Positions 48,764-62,080 of a stretch of 64,000 nucleotides of DNA are shown here, in pieces. The stretch comes from Malacoraja senta. Lineage: Eukaryota. The number at the start of each line of letters is the position of its first letter. The first letter of the stretch is position 1. The stretch covers positions 310,001 through 374,000 of the forward strand of contig JAXLNO010003819.1 of assembly GCA_038087875.1 (NCBI GenBank), given 5' to 3'. A program made the position numbers and the translations under genes. The notes under the pieces are model-generated. The model had not been told where the DNA came from. It searched no databases and was given only the letters and a program-made list of their open reading frames with translations.

Positions 48764-51318
48764 GTAAGTCCACCCGAACATCGCCCTTTCGCAGTTAATC
48801 ACACGTTCACAGAAACCATTAGTTTAGGTAAGTTTGACAAAGAGTCCGCAATGGAAACCGCTGTCAGGAGATTTGCCTTGCAAGCTTAGTTTCACTGTTC
48901 GAAAATCAACGTAATCAGGATACTGTAAAATACTCAAATGTGGGTGAATGAAGAGGCATTCTAGAGGTTGGCAATTTGGAAGAATTGTATATTTATTTGT
49001 TTAAATTGGACCACAAATTGCTCAAATATTTATGAAGGTCTACGATAAAAAGTTGTAACTGTGCACTCGAAAAATCGCTTGGGCAGCTTACAACCCAGCG
49101 GCGTGAACGTCATTTTTTCCCCACTTTCAAGTAACTCCTGCATTCCTTCCCCCACCCTCTCATTGTCCCTCCTCCACCCTAGTCGTTCTACTAGTTCCAC
49201 TATTCGTATCGTTGTATCCCTGTCGTCAGCACACCCTCAGCCAACAATGGGCCAATATATATTCTATTCTTCCTGAGGTCATCTGTTGCCGGCCCCGTTT
49301 TGTTCTGGTCTTCCCTATCTTTCAGCATGAAGAATGGTTTCGACCAGATTCGTCATATATTCATTCTCGCTGGACATGACGCTGAATTGCTCCAGCATGT
49401 TGTGTCTATCTTCGGTATAAACCAGCATCTGCAGCTCTTTCCTCACGTTTGCATAAATTGATGGTTATTTGGTCGTCGATATTATTCGCATTGTATCCAA
49501 CATATGTCTTCAATTATACACCGCATTTTCGAACAACGTACACTATTTGCTATTTTTCTATTCACTATTTATTTCACGTTACATTGAAGTGGAAATTTTG
49601 TATAACGCGTTTCTGCGCGCACTGGTCAGAAGCTGAAACTTGATTTCGTGAATTAAAGCGAACATCAGTTTCCGTGTCAGTAAAAATAAATGACATTGGA
49701 ATGGATCGAGTAAGATGGAGAACGATTCCGTGGACTTAAAAGTGAGATGAATTATGATTGTTCTTTTGATGTGAATTCCATGTACTCTGTTGTTTAGGAT
49801 TACTTTTTTGAATAAGGGTTTTAATTACAGTAATATATCATCAGTTTAGTTCCGTTTAGTTTAGTTTATTTCCTTTATTGTTACGTCTACCTGGGTACAA
49901 TGAAACTTTTTATGTTGCGTGCTCACCAGTCAGCGGAAACATATCCAGGATTACAATGGAGCCGTCCACAGTGTACACATACACGATACAGAGTATAACA
50001 GTTATTTCAAGACACATTCCAGTAAGGTAACATTGAAGATTGCCCCATGGTCTTCAATTTGGTGAATAGTAGCTGACGACCATTCTCTTGTTGTTATGAT
50101 GGTTCAGTTGCCTTCCCAGATGGTTCAGTTGCTGGGAAGAAACTGTAGTTGAATCTGGAGAGATGAGTTTTCACACGTCTGTACCTCTTGACTGATGGGA
50201 AAGGGGAGAAACATAGAAGCATAGAAAATAGGTGCAGGAGGAGGCAATTAAGTTACTATATGCCCCAAATGACTAGCTTTTGGACGATTGTGACACATAC
50301 GCATTTATCCTTTCGCTACCTCAGACTTTTGCACAATCACCTGAGTATTGAAGAACGGCAAACAACATAAATTAGCATTGATAAACGTAGAAACATAGAA
50401 AATAGGTGCAGGAGGAGGCCATTCGACCCTTCAAGTCAGCACCGCCATTTATTGTGATCATCGCTGGCCGATCCCAATCAATAACCCGTGCCTGCCTTCT
50501 CCCCATATCCCTTGATTCCACTGGCCCCTGGAGCTCTATCTAACTCTCTCTTAAATCCATCCAGTGATTTGGCCTCCACTGCCCTCTGTGGATAAAAACT
50601 GCAAATGCTGGAAATCTGAAAGGGAATTGCAGGAAAATCTCCGCAGGTCAGTGGGGGGGGGTTCTAGTCGTCAATCCTTCTTCAGAATTGGAAATTGAGG
50701 AAGATACAATTGACTGCTCCGCAACATTTTCTGTTTGTTACAAAGATAATGACTGCAATTTAGAAGTTAAATAAAACTACCTAAAATGTCAAATTAACAT
50801 GCAATGCAGTAATAGAATCAGTCATAATTCACGGCAACAGGCGCTTCGGCCCATATTGTCCCTGCAGACTAAATTGCCCGTTGTTCTTAAATTGTAGAAG
50901 AACTGTGTAGTTTCCAAGTCAGGTTGAACTTCCAACATCACCTGTGATCAAACGGTATGTGGGACTCCGGTTTTAAGCTCCTAATGTGCAAGTGGACAAC
51001 GGTTGAGAACTGGATGCCCTGTTGCCCCAAGAATAGGCCTGTCGTCAGATCGTTCCCGCCGCTAAATCGTACAGTTGATTTATATTCTCTCTCGTTGGGG
51101 AGGCAAAGCAGGCTCTCAAATATTTGTTTAGCACTGAAAACATAGACAGATAGCTGCAGGAGTAGGCCATTCGGCCCTTCGAGCCAGCACCGATGTTCCT
51201 GTTTGTTAAAGCAGAAATGATTGCAAGCGACGTTTTTCTTCGAAGGTCTTTAAGTGAAGTGACTGAGAAATGCCTCCTCTGTACAAGAAAATGATTTCCT
51301 TGCACTCTCATTCTACAG

Positions 51319-51630
51319 ATCTGCAAAGGAAATTCAGCGTGCATCAGAACCCGCATGTGCAGTTCGCCGATTCCGGACGCCGCGTTACCTTGAAGTGTGT
51401 ATATTCAGGTTACTGTCGCCATACTGTATTCTGGTACCGACACTCACCAGGGCAAGCACCGACGTATCTGCTTAGCATACTCACATCGGGTGCGGAAGAT
51501 GAAGCAGAGGATCCCGGGGAACGAATTGTTGCTTTGCACGAACCGTCTGAGAAAACGGTTTTGCTCGAGATCCCCAAACCACAAATCAGCGACACTGCTG
51601 TATATCACTGTGCACTCCAGCCTCGCCCCA
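51319..51630 (+). CDS. Supporting TCR delta V (leaderless, CDR1 cysteine) of NAR-TCR
   Basis: Acceptor TTCTACAG is phase-compatible with the J donor; DLQRKFSVHQNP..TLKCVYSGYCRHTVFWYRHSPG..DTAVYHCALQPRP; extra Cys at 51414-51416; no leader exon seen between J and this exon. Confidence 0.87.
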
Positions 51631-51669
51631 CACAGTCATACACAGCAGAGGCGAAGCCGTACAAAAACA
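51631..51669 (+). other. 23-RSS of supporting V-delta
   Basis: CACAGTC 51631-51637, 23 bp, ACAAAAACA 51661-51669. Confidence 0.88.
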
Positions 51670-54364
51670 TCAGTTTCTCTTTTGTAAAGACATGAAATAC
51701 CGATGAAAGAAGGCGCAGAGTTACACAGTCATAGAAGATAAGGCTCGTCGGCCCATCGAGCCCGACCTGGCCATAAACCACCCAGTTATAATAATTCCCA
51801 GGTTAATACCATTTTATTTTTCACATATTCCCATCGACCCCACCCCCTAAGATTATTCAACATCCACACTTGGTGCAATTAACTACTCGGCCAATTTGCC
51901 TACAGACATGCCCGTCTTTAGCACGAGGGAGGAAACCAGAACACCTGGAGGAAATCCACACGGTCATCGTGAGCTGCATTCATAGCCAGAACCGAAATTA
52001 GGATGGAGCCTGTTCCACTTGTTTTCATTATGAGGAACATGGTATAAATATTTAAAATATACAAGATTATGAGAGACATAGATAGTGTAGGGAGTCGGAA
52101 ACCTTTTTCCCAGGGTGGAAATTAGAAAGTCGAGCCGACATACTTTTAAAGTGAGAGGGGCAGAGTTTAAAGAGTCATCGAGGCTACCTCTTAAAACAAA
52201 GAATTGTGGGTGCCTTGAATGTACTGCTAGTGATGGTGGTGGGGGCAGATCGGCCAAGTGCTATTGTCAGGTGAATATGGAAGGAATTGGGGGGTGGGGA
52301 GTGGAAGCACACAGCGATGTTCGGTGCAGACATTATTGGCCGAAGGGTCTGTTTCAGGTGCCCAATGAATGTGGCGTACGTTCCCCTTGACACTGTTGGT
52401 TGTTCGATAACGGAGAGCAGGGGCGGTCTTCCCCGATAGAAGCAGAGGGAATTCCCCATCTGCTTGTACCAAAGGGGACCTGCATGCCAAAGATGATGCT
52501 TTTTCTCACTACCTATCGAACAACTCTATTATAATCCTCAGCATTACTAATATAGACTTCAACATTGTACTTGATTGGGCGTTTCTCTATCCAAACCGCC
52601 CGTGTTGCTTTCTACTTTACACCAACAATCATATTGGTTAGAACTCTAGGAGCCTGTGCGAGCCTGAACGGCATATTTCATTGAGGTCGTTATTAAAGCA
52701 CCTGTTAGCCCATTATAATTGGCGCTTCACCAACTCTTACGGGTGGGTGTATTCAGTTGTTTGAAAGTGTCACCCGCTTGCACATATCGGTGCTCCAGAT
52801 TGAAAGCAGTACTCAGAAATCCTTCTCTCTTCACGCAACGTCCAATAGCTTGTACAGAGGACACCTCTCGTTCCTCCTAAAGTTAGTTCTAGTCAGCCTC
52901 CATGCTCACTTTCCGCACACTCACACCCCAAGTGAACATTTGATGAACTAATTTCAATGCATAAGGAAACATGACCGCAGGATGTCAGTTGAATCTAAAC
53001 AAAAAGAAAACCAGAATTTTATATTTCTGCTTTTGTGGTGAGCAACTGAAGCAACGGTTCCCTCTCATTGTTTATATTCGTGATTGGATGTCGTACTCGT
53101 ATCGTTTAAAACATAGAAAAGTACAGTACAGAAACAGGGCCTTAGATCCGTATTGTCTTTGCTGAACCTGAACCAAGATGTACCAACCGCGTCTGCCAAG
53201 GCATGGTACATTCCACCTCCGTCCCTGCCAATCTCAACATCTTAAATGCCACTGCTGAATCTGCCTCCAAGTTCAGCCTTGGCGGTGCGTTTATGCACCT
53301 ACCACACTCGGTCTGAATTACCTGCCCCGCACATCCCCTTTTGGCGTTGCGCCTCTAAACTTAATGGCCTCTAGTCTTTGACATTTCAACCTTGGCAAAT
53401 ATATATGTATGACTCTCGTAATGTTATAAAGTTCCATCAGGGCGAGGGGTTATCTTATGGAGATGTATACAATAATGAGAGGAATAGTTCCGGTACACGC
53501 ACAAAACCTCTTGAACAGAGTATGGTAATCCAGAACCAGAGGACTAAGGTTTAAGATGAATGAGGAAAAAATAATAGGAATCTGAGGGGTATCCTTTTAA
53601 TACAAAAGGGTGGTGGGTGTATAGAACGAAATGCCGGAGGTAGTTGAGGCAGGGATTATCGCGACGATTAAGAAACAATTAGACAGGTACATGGATAGGG
53701 CAGGTGTAGAGGGATATGGGTGGAACGCAGGCAGGTGAGACTGACATGGATGGGACATGTTGATCGGCCTTGCAAGTTTAACCGAAGGGCATGTTTCCAC
53801 GCTGCGTAACTGTGTGACTCTGTGACTGTATTACTAGGTTGTAATTATTTTTCAGTTTCATAATTTGGTGTGCAACGTGAGCTGCAGAGGCGGGGATGGA
53901 GGTAAAGAAAATCTGAGGTAAATATTAATTTACGAAGTACTTATGTGGTATTTGGTATGATGTGGCTATGCCTGTGGCACAAGAGACAGAATAGTTCACT
54001 CCGGAACCCGTGTCCTGTCTCATTGAAGGAAGGCTGGAGTGATTGGACACTCTACAAATGACTTATTTTGTATAGCTATAATGACCCACTAATGACCCAT
54101 AATGACAGCACTAAAAATAAATGTACTTCAAATAAAATCACACAATCGAATAGCATGTGCTTCCATACAGTAGATTATTTTGCACAGACGGTTGCATTGA
54201 CGTCAAAATCATCTTGGTTGCCGATTTGCTAGGTATCAGCTGCAAGAGCAGTTGTGACGAAGCTAACTATTTTATTTTCTGGTGTGGGCATCAAATCCCA
54301 GCCGAATCGTTAGCAGTGCGTGTTCATTGCAGAATAGGTAAACTTACAGTACCTTCGCTCAGCC

Positions 54365-54830
54365 CGCGTGAACCAACCTGATCTCCCGGTTGCTGGACAC
54401 TTTAATTCTCCTTCCCATTCCCACACATACCTTTCTGTCATCGGTCTCCTCCATTGTCAGAGTGAGGCTAAACCCAAATTGGAGGAACAGCATCTCATAT
54501 TTCGTTTGGGCAGCTTACACCCCAGTGGTATGAATATTGATTTCTCTCACTTCAGGTAGCCCCGGCATCCCTTCTCTCTCTCTATACCTCCCCCACCCAA
54601 GTAGCACTAGCTTCTCATTTTCTCCCTACAAAGAGCCTGTTTCCTTTATCATCGTTACCTTTCTGCATATCTTTCATTCACTGTTCTTTATCTCTCCACA
54701 TCACCCTCTATATCTCTCGTTTCCTTTATTCCTAACCAGTCTGAAGAAGGGTCTCGACCCGAAACGTCACCCATTCTTTCTCTGCAGAGATACGGTCTAT
54801 CTCGCTCAGTTACACCAGTTTTTTTGTCTA
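54365..54830 (+). mobile_element. Penelope-like element 3' fragment (GIY-YIG endonuclease C-terminus)
   Basis: PVAGHFNSPSHS..KLEEQHLIFRLGSLHPSGMNIDF peptide. Confidence 0.82.
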
Positions 54831-55033
54831 TAATCCGTATTTGCATTGCTCTCTGTCTGTACTGTACATGTATACAGTATGTGGCGAACGGACGGTCACG
54901 AGTAATAAAGACGGGCCATCAAAACACTGCGGCATTAATAATAATGAAAATCACAAAGGATGCATAAAGATCAACCATAGATGGATTTATCGACAGGCTG
55001 ATACAGATTAACAGACAAATAGGCTGACAGACA

Positions 55034-55443
55034 NNNNNNNNNNNNNNNNNNNNNNNNNNNNNNNNNNNNNNNNNNNNNNNNNNNNNNNNNNNNNNNNNNN
55101 NNNNNNNNNNNNNNNNNNNNNNNNNNNNNNNNNNNNNNNNNNNNNNNNNNNNNNNNNNNNNNNNNNNNNNNNNNNNNNNNNNNNNNNNNNNNNNNNNNNN
55201 NNNNNNNNNNNNNNNNNNNNNNNNNNNNNNNNNNNNNNNNNNNNNNNNNNNNNNNNNNNNNNNNNNNNNNNNNNNNNNNNNNNNNNNNNNNNNNNNNNNN
55301 NNNNNNNNNNNNNNNNNNNNNNNNNNNNNNNNNNNNNNNNNNNNNNNNNNNNNNNNNNNNNNNNNNNNNNNNNNNNNNNNNNNNNNNNNNNNNNNNNNNN
55401 NNNNNNNNNNNNNNNNNNNNNNNNNNNNNNNNNNNNNNNNNNN
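55034..55443. other. Assembly gap (N run)
   Basis: 410 N. Confidence 1.
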
Positions 55444-55879
55444 TTTCCGTAAAAACCGGCGAACTAAACTTAAGCAGCTTTATTGTAGAATGGGAAATAA
55501 GGAACTGCAAATGCTGGAATCTTATGAAGAATATAACATGGTGAAGTAACGCAGTGGATGACGCAGGATCTCTTGAGGTCATGGGTAGGCAACGTTTCAA
55601 GTCATTCTTTAGATTGATTGAAGAATTGATTTGTGTTTCGCACGGATGTAGTAAAGACTGAATGTTCTATTCTGAGCGCGGAAACGCTCCAGAAAGGGGG
55701 CAGTATGAGAAGTGCAAACAGCGCTATCGGATCATTCAGCATGCAGTCGAACCCGCATTAGAAGGAAGTTAGTTACAAGCCACGGAGAAAGGATTGAGAG
55801 GACCATGTAGGGCCTCGGTTTTCAGTTCCAATTCTCTGAAGCCGTGCACCTAATCTGTGCAGCATTTTAAAAAAAAATA

Positions 55880-57139
55880 TCAACGAAAACACAGACGAAG
55901 AGGAATTTGGACCAGATTCTTCAGTTGCTGTCTAAATTTCGTCTGGGTCGCGGCATAAATGCAGGTGTTGGAGCAGGAGCTCAGGAGCTGTAACATGTTG
56001 CCCACTTCCCGGAACACAAACTTGGGGTCTCTGAAGTTAAAGCCAGCGGAATAGTTGTCTTTGGTGATTTCAACGTAGAGGAAGTTTGCAACGTACGTCA
56101 TCCACAGGAGGATGAAACTGCCGGAGATGGCAAAGAGTAAGATGATCGACTTCTTGCGGCTCTCAGTTTCCGGGTCGCTCCGGTTGTCTACCGGTCCGCC
56201 CGCCCGAAGCCTCCTGCGGGCTCTGCTGGCGAACAGAATGTGCCTGACCGTCAGAGCGTTGAGCAGCAGGATCAGCACGAAAGGGAGCCAAGGGGTGAGA
56301 ATGCAATCGATCCAGTCAAAGGCCTTCCACATTGGAAAATTGTAAAAGGTTGACTTCACGTTACAGTACCAGGGGACGCCATTAATTACGTAGGATGGCT
56401 TGTAGATAAAATAAAATGGGATGTTCTTTAAACAGCTCAGACCGCAGACCAGGCCAATAACCACGGCGGCTGACCTCTGTGTACAGTAAGTTGTTTTAAG
56501 TTTCTTGTCGGCAATGGCCACAAATCGGTCGAAAGTGAAAGCGACCGTCAACCAGACTGAACTGTCCCTGGCCGCATAAATTAGGACACTGCTCAGGCTG
56601 CACACAGGGGTAATGGACAGAAAACTGCCCGCTGCGTAAGTAACGCTGATCCGGCTGAGTATCACCGCGGTGATAATGACCAGCAGATCCGTCACTGCCA
56701 TGGACACCAGGTAACGACTGACACAGCTGGAGAGACCACACTTTCCCCGGGAAAGGATTGCCACCGTCACCACGTTTGCTGCAAGAAAACAAATGCGGAA
56801 TTTAATTTCAGAGAAAGAACCGTAAAATAAGTAGTACGGGTGAGATGGTCATTCGGACCCTTTTAATCTGCTCCATATTTTCCTTTCCTTAACTAGGAGC
56901 TTTTAATATTTATTTATATTTCATGTAATTGTACATAAATCCAAACTGGTATTACTGCAATTTGCAAACAAATACCATCAAATCATAACCTTGTTATCCG
57001 CATCCACCACATAGTCGAGCTACCGGTACCTACTCCACCTTTAAATAGGGAGAACGTACCAACTCCGTACAGACAACGCCCAGAGTCAGAATCGAACCCG
57101 GGTCTCTGGCGCTGTATTAATTATCGAATGTGCTTTTGC

Positions 57140-57175
<36 letters not shown>

Positions 57176-59748
57176 AGTTGTTGTAGTTGTTGTTGTTGTT
57201 TTCAATTTATTGTCATTATCTCATTTTAGAGACAATGAAATGGATTTTCCTTACAGTCACGTAACAGAAAAATAAATAATATATATATACACATATTAAA
57301 ATATATATATATATAAATATATATTTTCGGTTTTAGAGATACAGCGCGGTTAACAGGGCCTGCAGCCCATCGAGTCTGGACCGACCAGTGATCCCCGCAT
57401 ATTAACACATGTCCCACACACACGACGGACAATTTACATTTTATACCAAGTCATTTAACATACAAACCTGTGCGTATTTGGAATGTGGGTGGAAACCGAA
57501 GACCTAGGTAAAAACGTACGCAGATCACGGGGAGATCGTACAAACTCCAGCCAGACAAGCACCCGTAGTCAGTATCGAACCCGGGTTAATGGCGCTGGAA
57601 GGCAGTAGCTCCACCGCTACGCCACCGTGCCACCTGTCAAATGATGTACGAAATTCTTGGTAACACTAGCATTTACTTATCGCCCTGATTGTGCCAGAAT
57701 TGAAGAAGCGGCCACCCCTCAACATTACCCATGAGTTTCGGTGCGGGTAAGAAGCAAGACTTTCTCTCATAGGGGCCAGATGGATTCTTCCCTAATTTGG
57801 GATGTTCAGGGACTATTCGCGTAATTTCAGTCATGTTCCTTAGCTGACTCGACACTATCGTTGGCAGAGTATTAATGTGTTCACTGCTGATTAAGAAATT
57901 AGTTCGCATGCTGCCGTAATTTTATTAAGTGTGTGAAATTACCGCGATGATACAAATTAGAAAACATTCCACTTACATTTGCTACTTCTTCACATCTTTG
58001 TCAGACTGAGGAAAGAGTGCACGATAAAAAACTCCTGATTTTTTTAATTTGTTTCCGGATTCCGAGTCCAAGTACACCCCCCGTATATTCCAACAAAATA
58101 CAAATAACCTTAAATGCATCAAATACTTCATGCATGTGATATGCAAAGACAGATAGACCGAGAGAGGCAGACAGAAAAATAGATGGCATGTAGATGGGCA
58201 GACAGGCAGAGAGGCAGATAGACAAACATATGAACATAGAGGTAGATAGAAAGACAGACAGGCGGGCAGACAGACAGTCAGACAGCAGAGAGAGGGGGAG
58301 TGGATTAGAAAGAAACGATGGAATTGATGGAATTCACTGACATGGCATTATGCCAAAAGTGAGCCTCCTATACGAAAAGTGTAAAATATTCAAATGAAAG
58401 TGTGGAAGTTATTAATGTTAGAAAACTGCACATAAAAACTATAATATTGAATTATGCAAATGTTGAAAGTTTTCTGCATGTTAATTTTTAAAAGCCAAAA
58501 GAATTATTTAGGTTCCTTTAAACTTTCTTTGAGACGACAGTTCATGGTTTACGACTTTGTTCTTCCGAATAACTTTGTTCTGTGCAGGATGATGGAGTGA
58601 AATCGTATCCAACTGAACTGTCTTTCGGCTTCTCTTGAGCAAGGAGAAACTCTGGATAACATGTTGCTGATCGTTTTAAAGGGTGGACAAGGCAGAGTGA
58701 TCGAACCTTGCTTCGATATTCCAGTCATGGGAAAAGCCACGTGTCAGGGGCTATCGTGCGCCCAATATAACTGCCAAGCAAGTAGTGTTTAACGACACCA
58801 GAATGGACTGTAGGGGGTCGCTGCAAAGACCCAAGGCGGAATAATTATCGGCCGGTTTACAAAGGAAAATACGAAGCAAATAAAAAAAAAAAAATTAAAA
58901 ACAGTATCCGGAATAGAAACAATGCGACCAGGGATGGCAGCGTGAAACCGTGCGGGTTCCGGAATGTAGCACCGATACAGCAGTGGCAACTACAGAAATG
59001 CGAAATATTGTATATGACCGTTTCTCACAGTCATCTCACGAAGAAAAGTCCTGAAGGCGGCAATGCGGTAGTTTCTGAGGTGTGGGCATTATTACAGGGT
59101 AAACTGGGGGTAGGAGGCTTCCAAACATAATTCCAATTGTATTACGTTAACAGCGACATGCTGGCAATAATAACCAAAGATTGATACAGCGTGGAAACAG
59201 GACCTCCGGCCCAATTTGCCCACACCGGCAAACATGTCGCAGCTGCACTAGTCACATCTGCCCGCGTTTGGTCCATATCCCTCCATGCCTGTCCTATCCA
59301 TACACTTGTCCAACTGCTTCTTAAACGATGGGATAGTCCCAGACTCAACTATCTCCTCTGAGAGCTTGCTCCATACACCCACCACCCTCTGTATGGAAAA
59401 GTTACCCCTCAAATTCCTATAACATCTTTTCCCCTTCACCTTAAACATATGTTGTCTGGTCCTTGATTCGCCTACTCTGGGCGATTCTGTGCGGATCTAT
59501 TCCTTTCGTGATTTTATACACCTCTATAAGATCACCATCATCCTCCTGTGCTTCAAGGAATAGAGTCGCAGCCTGCTTAACCTCTCCCGATAGGTCAGAC
59601 CCACTTGTTCTGGCAAAATCCCCGTAAATCTCCTCTGTACCCTTTCTAGCTTGAAAGTAATCTGGTCGTAAATCTTACCAGGGACGCCGACTGCTGCGAG
59701 GATTATATAGTAGATTGTATAAAGCAGACCTTTTGGTGGAGCGTGCAT
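55880..59748 (-). CDS. GPR139-like: Class A orphan GPCR, GPR139/GPR142-like, two exons (59748-59679 and 56778-55880), 322 aa
   Basis: Exon 1 MHAPPKGLLYTIYYIILAAVGVP ends G|GTAAG; exon 2 acceptor TTCTTGCAG gives ANVVTVAILSRGKCGLS; 70+899=969 nt open frame with 7 hydrophobic segments, FDRF at the end of TM3 and SCSNTCIY in TM7. Confidence 0.88.
57137..57200. repeat. (GTT)n microsatellite
   Basis: Directly visible. Confidence 0.95.
59150..59650 (-). mobile_element. CR1-type 3' fragment in the GPCR intron
   Basis: LERVQRRFTGILP..LSRLRLYSL and RVVGVWSKL peptides. Confidence 0.75.
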
Positions 59749-60469
59749 TTTCGTTGAACTGAGACGGTCCTCCGGCTCTGACTGATCCTTTGTAATCTGA
59801 ATAAGCGTTCCTTTTATGTAGGCGATGTCTCCCTCCGGGGAGATGAATGTTAATGTGAACTAGCTCCAGCGTTTTAAATTAAACGAATTAACCCATCACT
59901 TTCGCGTGGGTTATTTTCAAAACAATGTCATTACCATTTATGGGACAGCTAGAATTCAAGTCATTTCTGCTCCCTAATACAATGCTATTTGTTATGTGTC
60001 TATCGTACTCGACCCAGGAAGATAGGGTCAGTCGAATGTGATGTCAGTGTGTGCCTTACAGATCAATTATTGAAGGTAGACACAAAATGCCTGAGAAACT
60101 CATCGGGGCAGGCTGATTAATACATCAATGAATTATTGATGCAGTATTCAACGACATAAAAGTCAGAGACATAGTGTGGTGAATTATTAAGAGGAATCAA
60201 CGACAAGATGTTGGACTATTATCAACAAGCTGGACTATGAAAAATGATCGGGTCCCTCAGAATGAGAGATGTGGCAACGATAGATTCGGAGAGAACGTGT
60301 GCACAAAAGTAGCCAGAGCATCTCGCAGAATGCCAGTTTTGTTTTCATTTCAGATTTCCAGCATATGTACGTTTTTGTTTATTTTCACCTGTCCGTTGGT
60401 CCAAATAATACACATTGGCTCATCAGGAAACCTGTGCAGATTTTCTGGAAGACAGATACAAAGGGTGGA

Positions 60470-60860
60470 GTAACTCCGCGGGACAGGCAGCATCTCTGGA
60501 TAGTGGGAATGGGTGACGTTTCGGATCGAGACCCTTCACTGTGAATCAGGAGAGAGGGTCCAGAGATATAGATGGGTAAGGCATGAAAACGAGGCATCAA
60601 AGGGGGACGAGGATGAAAGGAATGTAGAGTTGCTGATTGTTCGCTTGGGGAATGTGACAATGAAGCATACAGAGATGAGATTTAATCAGGAGGACAGTGA
60701 GACTGGTCGGTGAACTAAGATGGGGAGGGATGGAGAGAGAGAAAGCAAGGGTTACTTGAAGTTACAGAATTCAATATTTATACCGCTGAGTTATCAGCTG
60801 CCCGAACGAAATATGAGGAGCTGTTCCTCCAATTTGCGTTGGGCCTCACTCGACACGCTT
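60470..60860 (-). mobile_element. Penelope-like element 3' fragment (degenerate)
   Basis: Minus-strand SEAQRKLEEQLLIFR motif, same family as 54365-54830. Confidence 0.7.
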
Positions 60861-61759
60861 CACTTGGCGACACTGGTAATCATTCAGCCTGTGCAATTGT
60901 CTGGATGGAAGGTTTGCCCCCCCCCCCAACAAGCCCGGTTTGCATGAATGCACCATATCTCTAAAGCTGTACAGACAATTGCAGCCCGGAGCATTCCGTC
61001 ATCTACCCAGCTGAGCGGCATTTCAGTTAGTACTGGTTAGCATTTGAGTGTAGACAGTCAGAGCCTCATTTCCAACCGCCATCGCATAGACTGCAAGTAC
61101 TCAGCAGCCGAGAGATAGACATGTTCACAGTTAACGCACAATTCCTCTGAACCTTGATGCATTTCTAGACACAAGGACAAGAAACCGGAAAACCTGTGAC
61201 AAACCTTTATGGATCCTTGGATATGCTGATAGTGGGTTGTGTGCCGATTTAACCTCCAGGCATATAAAACTCGTTAACATGAAAACTGTTAAGGCGGTGT
61301 AATATTGTAGTTTTATATAGTCCTACAGCACCGAAGCAGGCCCTTTGGCTCTATTCTTCCATGCTGATCGAAAGACCTATCTATGCACATTCCCCTTCTT
61401 TCTTTTGACCCACATTCCTATGTTATCTTTCCAACCGCTATGCCTGTCGAAATGCGTGTTAAACGTTGTGATTTTACCAACTTTTACCACATCTCCTGGC
61501 AGCATGCTCCATACCGCCAAAATCGTATGTGGCGAAAAACCTTTTCCTTTAGGACTCCTTTAAACATTTCCGTTCTCATTGTTTATCTATGTCCTCTTGT
61601 TCTAGATTCCCCTACCTTTTGAAAAAAATGTCTGCGACTGTTCACCCTCCGGAAGCCCCACATAATTTTATAAATCTCTACAAGATTTGCCCTTCGCACT
61701 GGGAAGTAAAAAAATACCGATCTAACTCACAACCAGAATGATGAGGTTATAGGCATCTT

Positions 61760-61863
61760 ACAAAATTGAAGGCTGACGAAGGGACGGAGAGAGGGAGAGA
61801 GGGGAGAGGGAGAGAAGGGGAGAATGAGTCTGTAGGGGGAGCGTGTGGGGAGAGAGAGAGGGG

Positions 61864-61915
<52 letters not shown>

Positions 61916-62080
61916 GGGAGGGAGAGTGGGAGAGTGTGGGGGAGAGTGTAGGGAGAGGGACAGACACACAGAGAGAATCCTCGTAGCGCAAGTGAATAAA
62001 ACTAGATAGAGAGAGAGATGAGAGAGAGACAGAGATACAGAGAGACAGAGAAAGACAGAGAGAGAGAGAGAAACAATTGA
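61760..62080. repeat. (GA)n-rich purine tract
   Basis: Directly visible. Confidence 0.95.
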
